UHGV virus genome: UHGV-0167591
Length of the DNA stretch: 64,000 nt
From: a virus
Reading direction: 5' to 3' (one strand)
In this document: positions 52,399-62,196 of the stretch, one piece after another
Numbering within the stretch: position 1 is the stretch's first letter
Layout: every line of letters begins with the position of its first letter
Notes under the pieces: generated by a model
What the model saw: the letters and a program-made list of their open reading frames with translations, nothing else
What the model was told of the DNA's origin: nothing
Databases searched by the model: none
Made by a program: the position numbers and the translations under genes

Positions 52399-52908
52399 AT
52401 GGGGCACAATAACACTAAGGGAAACAGTAAATTTATTAAGGGCCGCTATACTGCCAACGCGGCCAAAGGCGAACGACTGGTATCTTCTGAATTCCAGCTC
52501 ACTTTTGCAGGCTATGAAGATATCAGTGTACTTGTTCGTACGTCGCAAATCCCTGAAATGACTCGCGAGGATGTGGAGGACTATGGTCCGAATGGTGTCA
52601 AGTTCAACCAGCACGGTCCAATTCGAAACTCTGGGGAAATCCAGGTCCAGTGCGTGGAGACTATCGAAGGCGATATTCTTCAGTTCATTAAAGATCGCAT
52701 TGCGGCGAAGGACTATGTTGATATCACGATGGCTGCGACCCCTGAATCCAAATCTTCCGGGGTTAACGCTGTGACAAAAGCTGCTACAACAATTGAAATG
52801 TTGGACTGCAAAATCTACAGTGATGCAATCGACTTTAGTACCGAAGATGTGACTGCCGCTGTGCGTCCGTCACTTCGTATCGTCTACAACTGGATTGAGT
52901 GGGATTAA
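52399..52908 (+). CDS. Putative tail/baseplate structural protein, 169 aa
   Basis: ORF with SD AAGGA; followed by a strong terminator. Confidence 0.5.
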   Translation: MGHNNTKGNSKFIKGRYTANAAKGERLVSSEFQLTFAGYEDISVLVRTSQIPEMTREDVEDYGPNGVKFNQHGPIRNSGEIQVQCVETIEGDILQFIKDRIAAKDYVDITMAATPESKSSGVNAVTKAATTIEMLDCKIYSDAIDFSTEDVTAAVRPSLRIVYNWIEWD

Positions 52909-52927
52909 GAGTCATCCCTTGTATTTT

Positions 52928-52951
52928 AAAGCTCCTTCGGGAGCTTTTTTG
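52928..52951. terminator. Rho-independent terminator
   Basis: AAAGCTCC-ttcg-GGAGCTTTTTT hairpin with U-tract. Confidence 0.85.
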
Positions 52952-52991
52952 TGCTTAAATTATGCCGGTATAGATAGATTTTGAGCATGTA

Positions 52992-53288
52992 ATGGAAATT
53001 GATTTCTCATACTCTCCTGAGACGATAGAAAGAAGATTCGAAATAATTGGATGCATAACTATTTCAGATGAGCATTATTGGATTCTCTATGATGCCAATA
53101 CATGGTTATGTGCCTTAGCAGAATGTCAGCCATCGTTATGTGTAGGGGAGGGGGCTTTTCGACATAAGGTGCTGGCTACACTTGAAGTGAACACGTTACG
53201 ATATTGGTGTGTAGAAATACTTAGTGATAACAAAGAATTGCATTTATTATTGCTGAATAAGTGTGCTTCTCTGCGCAGAAAAGCATGA
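52992..53288 (+). CDS. Hypothetical protein, 98 aa, AT-rich
   Basis: ORF in an AT-rich islet; no motifs recognised. Confidence 0.35.
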   Translation: MEIDFSYSPETIERRFEIIGCITISDEHYWILYDANTWLCALAECQPSLCVGEGAFRHKVLATLEVNTLRYWCVEILSDNKELHLLLLNKCASLRRKA

Positions 53289-53452
53289 GAAAACCCAACC
53301 GCTCTCCCGAATTATCAGAAGAATATGTGCGGAAAGTTATAGCTAGCTATTGAAAAGCTAAAGTAGATCGGTTAGAGTTGCCTTACTCATCTACCATGTG
53401 TAGAAAGAGCGATCGAACCCGATACATAGCAATATGTGTCGGGTTCAGCTTT

Positions 53453-53917
53453 TTATGTCCCAAGTGCTCTTTTTCTGCTTTGTTTGAGTGTTCTGATTTT
53501 ACTGTCATAGGTTACAACATAGGCTGTTTTGAGAAGCCAATAGTCTCTACGTGCGGATAGCACAACAACGTAGTTTTCACACTCATTCCAGATTACCCAC
53601 TCTTCAGTTGGTCCTCGTCTTTCAGACCAACATGATATATCGCAATGGTTATAATTCCTTATCATATGCGCGATCCAGCGAATTCGCTTGCACCGTTCAA
53701 GATCGGGTATACGTTCTTCTTCTATTTTTCCCTCTGATACTAAATGCCAAAATCCGAATTCTTTCCCATCATATTCCGGTGAATAACGTAATCGAACAGG
53801 GAGACCCTTAAACGTTATATTAGAGATTAAAATATCTTCTCTAACAACATCATATACATCGTCTATATACTCTTGCCAACTTCCATTGAAGTACAATAAA
53901 TCTGGCATTTGAAGCAT
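53453..53917 (-). CDS. Hypothetical protein, 154 aa; second gene of an AT-rich coupled pair (rlfB position)
   Basis: ATG 53917 preceded by GGAGG (7 nt spacing); start overlaps the upstream stop (TGATG). Confidence 0.6.
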   Translation of the reverse strand: MLQMPDLLYFNGSWQEYIDDVYDVVREDILISNITFKGLPVRLRYSPEYDGKEFGFWHLVSEGKIEEERIPDLERCKRIRWIAHMIRNYNHCDISCWSERRGPTEEWVIWNECENYVVVLSARRDYWLLKTAYVVTYDSKIRTLKQSRKRALGT

Positions 53918-54621
53918 CAACGAGCCTCCCACACGAAAATATTAAATTTACTTTCTGTTGGAAGAGTGCTTTTTAGTAACTCCCTGTTTGTATGTGATTT
54001 TATCCTATTTATGACTTGGATTTTTCCCGCGTTGCTATTCATTCCTCGATGAACGTAGCCTAACGCACCAATGAAAAGATCCGTTAGCTGCAATTGTTGC
54101 ACTTCATGAGATCGTATATGTTGAATTCTGTTTATCGACTCATGATTGTAATCATAGCGATCATTGTGAAGAACCCCTCTTAATTTCTCAATTTTTTCAA
54201 TACCTAAAGTATCTTTTATATCTAGGTAGATATTGTATGTGTTGTTACTTTCTATTATGTTTTTTAAGACATAAAAAAACATCTTATAATAGAAAGTATT
54301 ATGATCTTGATGGAATCGAGCATGGTCCAGTTGCTCTTTATCAGGAACAACAACACCTCTAAAGCGCAATGCTGGGTTGCTGAAGAAGTAATCTACGACA
54401 TCTAAGTAAAATTCAACTTTGGACGCAGATACTTTAGTCCACTTGATTTCGAAATCAGGTTTTAGATTGTGTTTTAATTTTAATTCCTTGATATCTCTAG
54501 CAATTTTTTTTGTGATAGTGCCAGGGCACCAAAGCGCACCCAATACCATGACTTTATTATGATCATTTAGTAGGTGACAGGATTCATCGCAGAATACATT
54601 AAATGTTCTTCGGTTCAACAT
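53917..54621 (-). CDS. Hypothetical protein with possible DUF3800-like N-terminus, 234 aa (rlfA position)
   Basis: N-terminal FNVFCDESCH motif; AT-rich; immediately downstream of repL on the same strand. Confidence 0.6.
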   Translation of the reverse strand: MLNRRTFNVFCDESCHLLNDHNKVMVLGALWCPGTITKKIARDIKELKLKHNLKPDFEIKWTKVSASKVEFYLDVVDYFFSNPALRFRGVVVPDKEQLDHARFHQDHNTFYYKMFFYVLKNIIESNNTYNIYLDIKDTLGIEKIEKLRGVLHNDRYDYNHESINRIQHIRSHEVQQLQLTDLFIGALGYVHRGMNSNAGKIQVINRIKSHTNRELLKSTLPTESKFNIFVWEAR

Positions 54622-54789
54622 GTTAACTCCACTTATTGTTAGGTAGAATTGTCCGTTAGTTGTTTATTAATTGCAATAATGGGACGTCCAGTTTTGGCAA
54701 CTGTGTCCTCTTACCAAGACGCCTATGAGTTCGCCTCATGGCAAACTAGAAGTGTTGAAAGTATGCATGGTTCTAATTAGAGCAATTTA

Positions 54790-55635
54790 TTAACCTCTGA
54801 ATCCTGCCGGTATACCCCATTGTTCGTTATCTTTATTTTTGGCTAAAACCGCATTAAGAGCTTCGTTTACCGTCATGCAATGCGGCAGATTATCGAAGTT
54901 TGATATCCCACCAATATCAGGAGAACGCTTGTTCTTCAGGTAAGCATATTTCCGCGCTGCCGCCTCTACTTTCTGCTTGAACTCATGTTTTTGAGCGCGT
55001 TTTTTGGATAACCGCAGATTGTCAGCCTTTGCTTTTGCCTCAGCGATCCATGAAGTCAATTTTTTGAGTCTGGTCGTTCCGGCACCGCCGGAAACTGATC
55101 TTTTTGTTTTTTTAACTTGTGACTTCTTATTCTTTATTGCCACGTCATCCTGACAGGGGGAGGGGGTATCATTTTGACATGGGGGTGTGGATAAAAAATC
55201 AAATAAAGCCAATGTCTTAGCGAGAACAGCTTTAACCTTGGTTGCGGCTGAAGAGATCTTTAATTTGCTTTCAGTCAGCGCGTTTTTAGCTTGTTGTGCG
55301 AAGGCCAAAAAGGATGGTGTAAACCGGTACAGGTTAGCGCGGCGTTCACGGTGATCGCCGATAACAATCTCTACAGACAGGATTCCTTTGTTTACAGCTT
55401 CACGGAATGCACGAACGACGGTTGATTGACTATAACCAGTTTCTGCCGCGATCAGGCGGTGAGGCTTGTGAATGAAGTATTCACTGGTTGTAGCCGCGAG
55501 ATTTGCACATTGCGACAGGATATACCCGGCGCTACGGGATAGACCGGAGTGTGTTACAAAGCAGGCCAATTCATAGCCAGAAAAAGTAAAATCGCTCATC
55601 GTTATACAGCTCAGGAAAGTGACTTTAGCCAGCAT
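54790..55635 (-). CDS. repL: RepL lytic replication initiator, 281 aa
   Basis: 281 aa, begins MLAKVTFLSCITMSDFTFSGYELACFVTHSGLSRSAGYILSQC; directly downstream of kilA as in P1. Confidence 0.88.
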   Translation of the reverse strand: MLAKVTFLSCITMSDFTFSGYELACFVTHSGLSRSAGYILSQCANLAATTSEYFIHKPHRLIAAETGYSQSTVVRAFREAVNKGILSVEIVIGDHRERRANLYRFTPSFLAFAQQAKNALTESKLKISSAATKVKAVLAKTLALFDFLSTPPCQNDTPSPCQDDVAIKNKKSQVKKTKRSVSGGAGTTRLKKLTSWIAEAKAKADNLRLSKKRAQKHEFKQKVEAAARKYAYLKNKRSPDIGGISNFDNLPHCMTVNEALNAVLAKNKDNEQWGIPAGFRG

Positions 55636-55664
55636 TACAATGCTGGTGGTTCTTACTACGTCTG

Positions 55665-56465
55665 TTAGCGCGTTGCCGCGACAGGTACCAGCACACCAGC
55701 ATCAAGCAATCGCTTCATCAGCCACTGCTGACCTTTGCCGGTTATACGAGTCGTGAAAGAAATCCTGCTTCCATTGCTTGTATCGATCACGGTTTCTTTG
55801 AGGGTGAAATACCCACGGGATATGTATTCTTGTTTTGGGACGTTCCTGCGCTCACCGGTTGCGATCAGAATTCCGTTATCACGCAACCAGGTGAAGAGAT
55901 AGTTTTGGCCCAGGCCGAGCACTTTGGCATAGTTGCCGATTAGAACCCCGCTGGCGGTAGCAACGCGTTCGGCAAATTCGACTTTAGGGGCATCCAGAAG
56001 CATTTTTTGCTCCAGCCGTTGCTTTTGCTCTGCCAGGTCGGCAGCCAAACGGAGAGCTTCAGGGAGACTCTGCGGAATAGCAGGTTGTAATCTTCCGGCT
56101 CGATAGTCGATAAATGTCTGGTTTACCTTCAGCCGAAACGCGGGAGAAATCCAGCCTGCGTACTCCACAGCGAGCAATTCATGGGCAAAAGTGCCGCCGC
56201 CACGGCCTTCGAACGAAACTATGCAATTCTGCATAGTTTCTTTTTCCAGCTCTTCGATGAGCTGTTTGGCTGACAGCGTTCTTAGCCATTGAGCTGGCGC
56301 TTTATGGGCACCGAGTCCGCTCGCTCTGTGTAGAGCATTAAGGTTGTAACGGCCAGCGCGGTCGGTCGTAATTTCAACACCACAAATAACAGGCAGAGTG
56401 GTTGAAGGATCGACATTTTGATGAAGGTTTGATATATTCATATCCGCATTGAATGTTTGTTGCAT
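55665..56465 (-). CDS. kilA: KilA (KilA-N domain protein), 266 aa
   Basis: 266 aa; C-terminal region shares the SLPEALRLAA(D/E)LAEQK motif with Ant; upstream C1 operator. Confidence 0.85.
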   Translation of the reverse strand: MQQTFNADMNISNLHQNVDPSTTLPVICGVEITTDRAGRYNLNALHRASGLGAHKAPAQWLRTLSAKQLIEELEKETMQNCIVSFEGRGGGTFAHELLAVEYAGWISPAFRLKVNQTFIDYRAGRLQPAIPQSLPEALRLAADLAEQKQRLEQKMLLDAPKVEFAERVATASGVLIGNYAKVLGLGQNYLFTWLRDNGILIATGERRNVPKQEYISRGYFTLKETVIDTSNGSRISFTTRITGKGQQWLMKRLLDAGVLVPVAATR

Positions 56466-56534
56466 TTTTTCTCCAAATTTGCATCAACCTTCAATCACCA
56501 GCTCGAAATGGTGATTCTTTGCACTTAGAAAACG

Positions 56535-56551
56535 AAATTTATTAGAGCAAA
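56535..56551. promoter_or_regulatory. C1 operator upstream of kilA-repL (Op53-like)
   Basis: AAATTTATTAGAGCAAA, 16/17 match. Confidence 0.7.
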
Positions 56552-57104
56552 TTTTTCCAGTCCGATCCAGATCGGGTTGGTCGATCTGCTCAGAAACCTG
56601 CCAGTTAGCTGGCAGGTTTTTTTGTATAAGGCGTTTTTCAATGTGGATTTGTGGCTGGCTAAAACGGAAAAGGCCACAGGTTTTACCCTGTGGCCTGTTC
56701 GGGCGCAACGCGCTGCTGTTACACTGCGAACTAACGCCCTTCAATGTTGTTATGCAATGTGGAGAAGTGAGGCAATCACTGATGCCAACACAGAACTTGA
56801 AGCTCCGATGATGACAGGAACAATGATGTTGGTCACAATCCACTTGCAAGCTTTTTGAAGAGTCATTACGAAGCTCCGCACACTTGCAACAGCAACTGCT
56901 TGCGGCTATCCTCTTGTTGATCAGACATAAGGAATGCCCTCGCTGGTTGCCTCCATGCAACGTTGTGGCGAGGGTTTTTTCTGTCTGGAGGCTACGCATC
57001 CAGGAGTTCATAACCCCCGCATAACGTTGCGCCTCCCCTGAAAAACAGGGTTGGGCATATCGTACACATGCCTGTAATTTATGGCAAATCCTGGTCTGAA
57101 TACG

Positions 57105-58151
57105 TTAAGACAAGGACGCCACTGGTTTTAACAAACCAGCATCAAGTAGCTTGCGAGTTAACCACTGCTGGCCTTTACCCGTTAATTGGGGCGTCAGCCG
57201 TATCTGGTAGCCATTTTCATCATCCAGCACCACTTCTTTCACCGTGAAATACCCGGCGTTGATGTACTGTTGGCGCGGTACGTTTTTGCGCGCTCCAAAA
57301 GCCATGAGAATGCCATTCTGGCGCAACCATGAGAAAAGGGCGTTTTGCTTAAGTCCAACGACCTTTGCAAAGTTCCCGATCAGGATTCCATTGGCCACTG
57401 ATACCCGGTCGGCAAAATCGACTTTAGGGGCTGCGGCCACCAGCTGTTGTTCCAACTGCATTTTCTGTTCTGCTAACTCGGCAGCCAGGCGTAGGGCTTC
57501 TGGTAATGTCTGGGGGATCGATGGGGTAGGGGAGTTTGCCTGCTGTAATTCTTCCAGTTTGTCGATCAGCGAACGGCGGACCGCTTTCGATTCGCGCGCG
57601 GCGACTCGCAGGGCTTGTTTGTAGGTCATGGTTATGACAACCATAGGCGTACCGCCACCTGGCGGCACGGTTGCACTTTTTGTGTAACCGTCCTCACCTT
57701 CTAATTCGTCGAGTATTTTTTCGATGAATTTGTTGTTCCGAACCTCTGGTTCCCCACATAACTTACGCGCTTCATTGACCATCTTTAACAGTGTCAGGCT
57801 GTCGATTGTGTCTCCGGTGGTGGGGATGACATTCACGGCTGGTGCTGGCGTTGCTGAAGCAACAGGTGCTGGTTTTTCAACATTTAAATTATTACCGGTC
57901 ATTCTATGTGCCTCCTTTCTCATTTCTGCTGCCACTGTTGCGTAACGTAGACGTCCTTGTTCAATCAAATAATCCCTGATCTCGGCTATCAGTAGCCTGT
58001 TGATCACAGCCTTATCTGTTCGGGTATAAAAACGTCTGGTTATCATGAAATAGTTAGCAATTGCGCCGGGGATCTCCCGTGTCGGCATACAGGTAGTATG
58101 CAAGGCGATCGCTTCGGCTATTTCATTACGGGTGACGAGAGGTGTTTTCAT
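57105..58151 (-). CDS. ant: Ant antirepressor, 348 aa
   Basis: Follows icd with overlapping start; C-terminal ANT domain shared with KilA. Confidence 0.8.
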   Translation of the reverse strand: MKTPLVTRNEIAEAIALHTTCMPTREIPGAIANYFMITRRFYTRTDKAVINRLLIAEIRDYLIEQGRLRYATVAAEMRKEAHRMTGNNLNVEKPAPVASATPAPAVNVIPTTGDTIDSLTLLKMVNEARKLCGEPEVRNNKFIEKILDELEGEDGYTKSATVPPGGGTPMVVITMTYKQALRVAARESKAVRRSLIDKLEELQQANSPTPSIPQTLPEALRLAAELAEQKMQLEQQLVAAAPKVDFADRVSVANGILIGNFAKVVGLKQNALFSWLRQNGILMAFGARKNVPRQQYINAGYFTVKEVVLDDENGYQIRLTPQLTGKGQQWLTRKLLDAGLLKPVASLS

Positions 58152-58369
58152 AAACCCCCCTGAACGTCGGCAGAGAAGGGGAGGCTCCAGTAACTAAGTG
58201 AATTGCGCGAGTCAGTTGAAAAACGGGCAGTAAAAATGCAGGGGCCATCAGGCAATTGAGAGCGTGCTTCGTCTTCAGTTGCTGCGATAACGAAGTGATA
58301 GTGGTGTTTTTTACAGGAATAGAAACGCCAGATGAATTCTGGGCGTGCGCAAGGATTGGCATTAACCAT
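58148..58369 (-). CDS. icd: Icd (interference with cell division), 73 aa
   Basis: 73 aa ORF overlapping the ant start, as in P1 immI. Confidence 0.8.
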   Translation of the reverse strand: MVNANPCARPEFIWRFYSCKKHHYHFVIAATEDEARSQLPDGPCIFTARFSTDSRNSLSYWSLPFSADVQGGL

Positions 58370-58399
58370 AGTTACGGCCTCACTAACAGGTTTAACAAC

Positions 58400-58600
58400 C
58401 TGCTACCCGCTGCTAAACAGGTGGCAGGACGTGACGGGGTTAGCAGACTGGCGTTAGTGAAACCAGCAGGCCGAAGCCTCCCCATCACGCCCCACCATAA
58501 TTTGGGCGTAACGCGGTTTTACGGACACAAAAATACCGCAATATCGGATATCTGCGGTTGTCCGCACTAACATTCAGGCTGCTAAACCCGGTCGCAGAAT
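58400..58600 (-). ncRNA. c4: immI leader region expected to encode the c4 antisense RNA (ends not determined)
   Basis: Non-coding interval between the operator and icd; direct repeat GCTGCTAAAC at 58409-58418 and 58578-58587 plus a near-complementary GTTAGCAG block. Confidence 0.35.
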
Positions 58601-58683
58601 TTGCTACGACGGCGGAACTATAAGCCTGAACGATTAAAAGGTCAATATGATGCGAAAAGATAGCATTCGCGACTTAAAAATAC

Positions 58684-58700
58684 AAATTTATTAGAGCATT
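58684..58700. promoter_or_regulatory. C1 operator upstream of immI (Op51-like)
   Basis: AAATTTATTAGAGCATT, 16/17 match. Confidence 0.7.
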
Positions 58701-58796
58701 AATTGTATAGTAAATACACAAATGGATCTAATAACCTCTTTTTTTTAAAGGCGAAAATATGTACCCTAAATGGGTTGTAAGGCAGGTGAGGTTATA

Positions 58797-59444
58797 ATGA
58801 GAAAACTATTATTACCGTTATTATTTATGGCTGGGACTGTTAATGCAGCATCAAGTGTAAAGGAGATTTGTACCGATTATACGAAATACCTTGGGCACGT
58901 TTACGGCTTTGCTGTCAGTCAAGACGAATCCATGCGCAAGAAGTTACTGTCAGATATGAAACGTCTTAAACTTTCTGAAGCGATGGTGCAGCAAGAACTA
59001 TATAAAGTCGCAACCAACGAAAATGCTAAATATCAATATTCTCGCCTATTAAATCCCGACGCAAACGAGATCAATCGAAGCACTTTCGATTATATGGTAA
59101 AGGCATGCGAAACCGCTCCTGATTTTGCTATCCCTAGCTGGGGTGTGCTGGTGGCGAGCAATGCCGTTAATAAAGAAGATGTTGGAAGAAATGGCATTGA
59201 CTCAATCAGAAATGCCCCAGGAATGCGCCATCAAAGCGTGCAGAGTACGCTTGAAGAGCGGGCCAGGGGGCCGGGTACAAACTCCCCAATGGGAAACCTC
59301 TCACCAGAGGAATTGCAAGAGTATAACCAACGGATGGAGCAGTATGAGAAAGCGGCACGCGAACAAATGGAACAACAAAAGAACGGCTCACTTAATACCT
59401 TCCAGCAAGGTTTAAAGGCGCTTAATTTACCATATGAATGGTGA
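58797..59444 (+). CDS. Secreted protein with signal peptide, about 215 aa
   Basis: MRKLLLPLLFMAGTVNAASS signal peptide; ATG preceded by GGTGAGG. Confidence 0.55.
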   Translation: MRKLLLPLLFMAGTVNAASSVKEICTDYTKYLGHVYGFAVSQDESMRKKLLSDMKRLKLSEAMVQQELYKVATNENAKYQYSRLLNPDANEINRSTFDYMVKACETAPDFAIPSWGVLVASNAVNKEDVGRNGIDSIRNAPGMRHQSVQSTLEERARGPGTNSPMGNLSPEELQEYNQRMEQYEKAAREQMEQQKNGSLNTFQQGLKALNLPYEW

Positions 59445-59495
59445 ATATATGGTGGTTAACTAATTAAAATATTAATATCCAAAGGAGATAAATTA

Positions 59496-59972
59496 ATGCA
59501 CATCAAACGATTTTTTCTAATTCTTGCTTTGCTTACTCCTTTTTCGTCAATGGCAAATGTAAGCAAATGGTCAACCAGCGAGACTCATGGTGTTCGTTCT
59601 TATGCTGTTTCCAGCAAAGATAATTATACGCTTACATTTGAGTGCGATGTTGGATTTAATAATACGGATCCCAATCAAGTAGGAACACGACTACTCACTC
59701 TCATGAAAACAGAACCTGGCGGTGAGTCATTTGATGCTAAAAAAGAACAAATAACGCTGAAAGTTGGTGATGATGAATATCCTATCAGTTCTATCGGTTC
59801 CTCTGTGGGTGATAGTTACTGGTATGGTTTCTGGTCAGATACCCCTGATATGGAAGTTAAAACATTCGATGCATACGTAGACGGAAAAAAAATCGCAACA
59901 TTTACGCTACGTAAGGCCGCAGAGCTTTTCAACGCGGCACCTAAAGATGGCTGCCTGAAGCGCGCAAAATGA
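59496..59972 (+). CDS. Secreted protein with signal peptide, 158 aa
   Basis: MHIKRFFLILALLTPFSSMA signal peptide; SD AGGAG. Confidence 0.55.
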   Translation: MHIKRFFLILALLTPFSSMANVSKWSTSETHGVRSYAVSSKDNYTLTFECDVGFNNTDPNQVGTRLLTLMKTEPGGESFDAKKEQITLKVGDDEYPISSIGSSVGDSYWYGFWSDTPDMEVKTFDAYVDGKKIATFTLRKAAELFNAAPKDGCLKRAK

Positions 59973-60006
59973 CCTGTCACAAATGACTACTCGTAGAATC
60001 GGTTAA

Positions 60007-60597
<591 letters not shown>

Positions 60598-60607
60598 GGG
60601 GGCTGAT

Positions 60608-61219
60608 ATGGGGCTTTATGTTGCTTCAGTAAAGTCTTATGTATCTTCGGCATTAACGACGACATTATTTGGCTCCGGCGTTGGTGAGCGGGAAGTTGGT
60701 AAGCTGACGTCAATCATCATGAACAAAATGCTGTTCGCGCAAGGATGGCAGTTCTCTGTCGAAGTTGATGGTCTGGAGGGGGCAGACTTCTTTGCTAAAG
60801 ACATTACCTACCACGATTACAGCATCGAATATGAAACGATTAAAATCGGCGGAGGGAATATCCTTCAGCCAACGGAGCGTTCGCCTGGGCAGATAACAAT
60901 GATGGTCAGGGATACCGTTGATGGCCTCGTTTTGGACTGGTTTAAGACGGCAAAAAGTCGGGTGATCAATCCGGACGGTACCGGGAATATACCGTCTAAA
61001 TATTTGCTCAATGTGCGTATTTATCGGTTGCTGTCCTCCGGTTTAACCAAACTGGAAAATGAGATGACGGTATTCCCGGTCACTACCGGCGATGTCACCT
61101 ATGCGAGGGATCAGGTTACGGAATTTAAGTCATTCCCAATGACCTTCGCATTGCACAGCACGTTTAACCAATCCTCAAGTTCTTTAGCTTCCCTTCTGGG
61201 CTTTAGTTTTTCGCTTTAA
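60608..61219 (+). CDS. Putative tail tube-like protein, 203 aa
   Basis: Size and position (two genes upstream of the tape-measure-like sit) suggest a tube protein; tentative. Confidence 0.45.
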   Translation: MGLYVASVKSYVSSALTTTLFGSGVGEREVGKLTSIIMNKMLFAQGWQFSVEVDGLEGADFFAKDITYHDYSIEYETIKIGGGNILQPTERSPGQITMMVRDTVDGLVLDWFKTAKSRVINPDGTGNIPSKYLLNVRIYRLLSSGLTKLENEMTVFPVTTGDVTYARDQVTEFKSFPMTFALHSTFNQSSSSLASLLGFSFSL

Positions 61220-61233
61220 ATTAAGGAGCAAGG

Positions 61234-62115
61234 ATGCTTTTACCCCTTTTCCCGCTACCATCGCGGCCAACTGAATTAATCCAGTTCCGTCAGCCAAATA
61301 TTGCTGATGCGATGCGTTTCAACTCGATAACACCGGAGGAACAAGAACAGCAGACAACGGCGTATTTAAAAGCCTTGCTGGCTGAACCTGCGAAACATGA
61401 TCCCCTGACATGGACGGCGCAGGACCGGATTACCGCGTTATGGTGGATATTTACTGGCTCCCGTGAAACACCGGTCGAGACATTCACCTACACCTGTAAA
61501 CATTGCGGTAAAGAGCATTATTACGATTGCGATATGAATGCTCTGGCTGAAGATATCCAGGTCCTGGAAGTGGAACCGTTCATTGACGATATTGAGGTGT
61601 CTGTAGAGGGCGTGCCTTATCAATGGCGTATCGTGCCGCTTGATGGTTGGGCAATGGAAATGCTGGAGATGCGCCGTGCAGCATTGCCACCTGAAGACGA
61701 CGCGGAATTCAAAGAAGCGATCGTTGATTTGCGTTTTTGGGAATTCGCTTATCAGTGTGAACTTTATAACGATGTTAGCGGTACTCGTGAAGAGCAGGCA
61801 GAGCGTCGTTATGAAACGATCAAACGGATGGCCATTGATACTGAATTTATGAAGCTGGCGGCACACATCCGGCTGGCTCATGAAAAGCTCGAACATGGTT
61901 TACCGTGCTACATCGATAAAGGCGAAATGCGTCTTCGTCTCCCGCCGCACAAATGCCCAAACCAGGATACAAAGGAGTCCACAGAGGGTGCGTATACCCG
62001 TCTGTGGGTGCCCTTTCGGGCTACCGACTTCATTCCACAGGTGGGGATTGAAAAGCTATCAGACCTTAGTGTCCAACCTGGTTTTGTATGGGGGTATACC
62101 GATTCAGGACGCTGA
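61234..62115 (+). CDS. Putative tail assembly protein, 293 aa
   Basis: ORF with SD AAGGAG immediately upstream of sit. Confidence 0.5.
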   Translation: MLLPLFPLPSRPTELIQFRQPNIADAMRFNSITPEEQEQQTTAYLKALLAEPAKHDPLTWTAQDRITALWWIFTGSRETPVETFTYTCKHCGKEHYYDCDMNALAEDIQVLEVEPFIDDIEVSVEGVPYQWRIVPLDGWAMEMLEMRRAALPPEDDAEFKEAIVDLRFWEFAYQCELYNDVSGTREEQAERRYETIKRMAIDTEFMKLAAHIRLAHEKLEHGLPCYIDKGEMRLRLPPHKCPNQDTKESTEGAYTRLWVPFRATDFIPQVGIEKLSDLSVQPGFVWGYTDSGR

Positions 62116-62196
62116 AAGGCTCACTGAATCCTATGCGTTTTTCCTGTTGGAGAAACTGGAAGAAAAACTTAAACCGAAGCGGTAGGCGATAAGATC

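Noticed and set aside
56484-57011. 175 aa minus-strand ORF between ant and kilA
   Set aside because: Cys/His/Ser-rich low-complexity translation in a regulatory interval containing the operator; no SD.
61880-62185. Possible programmed frameshift extension upstream of sit (tail chaperone style)
   Set aside because: The alternative frame would add only about 24 residues and I see no convincing slippery heptamer; treated as coincidental overlap.
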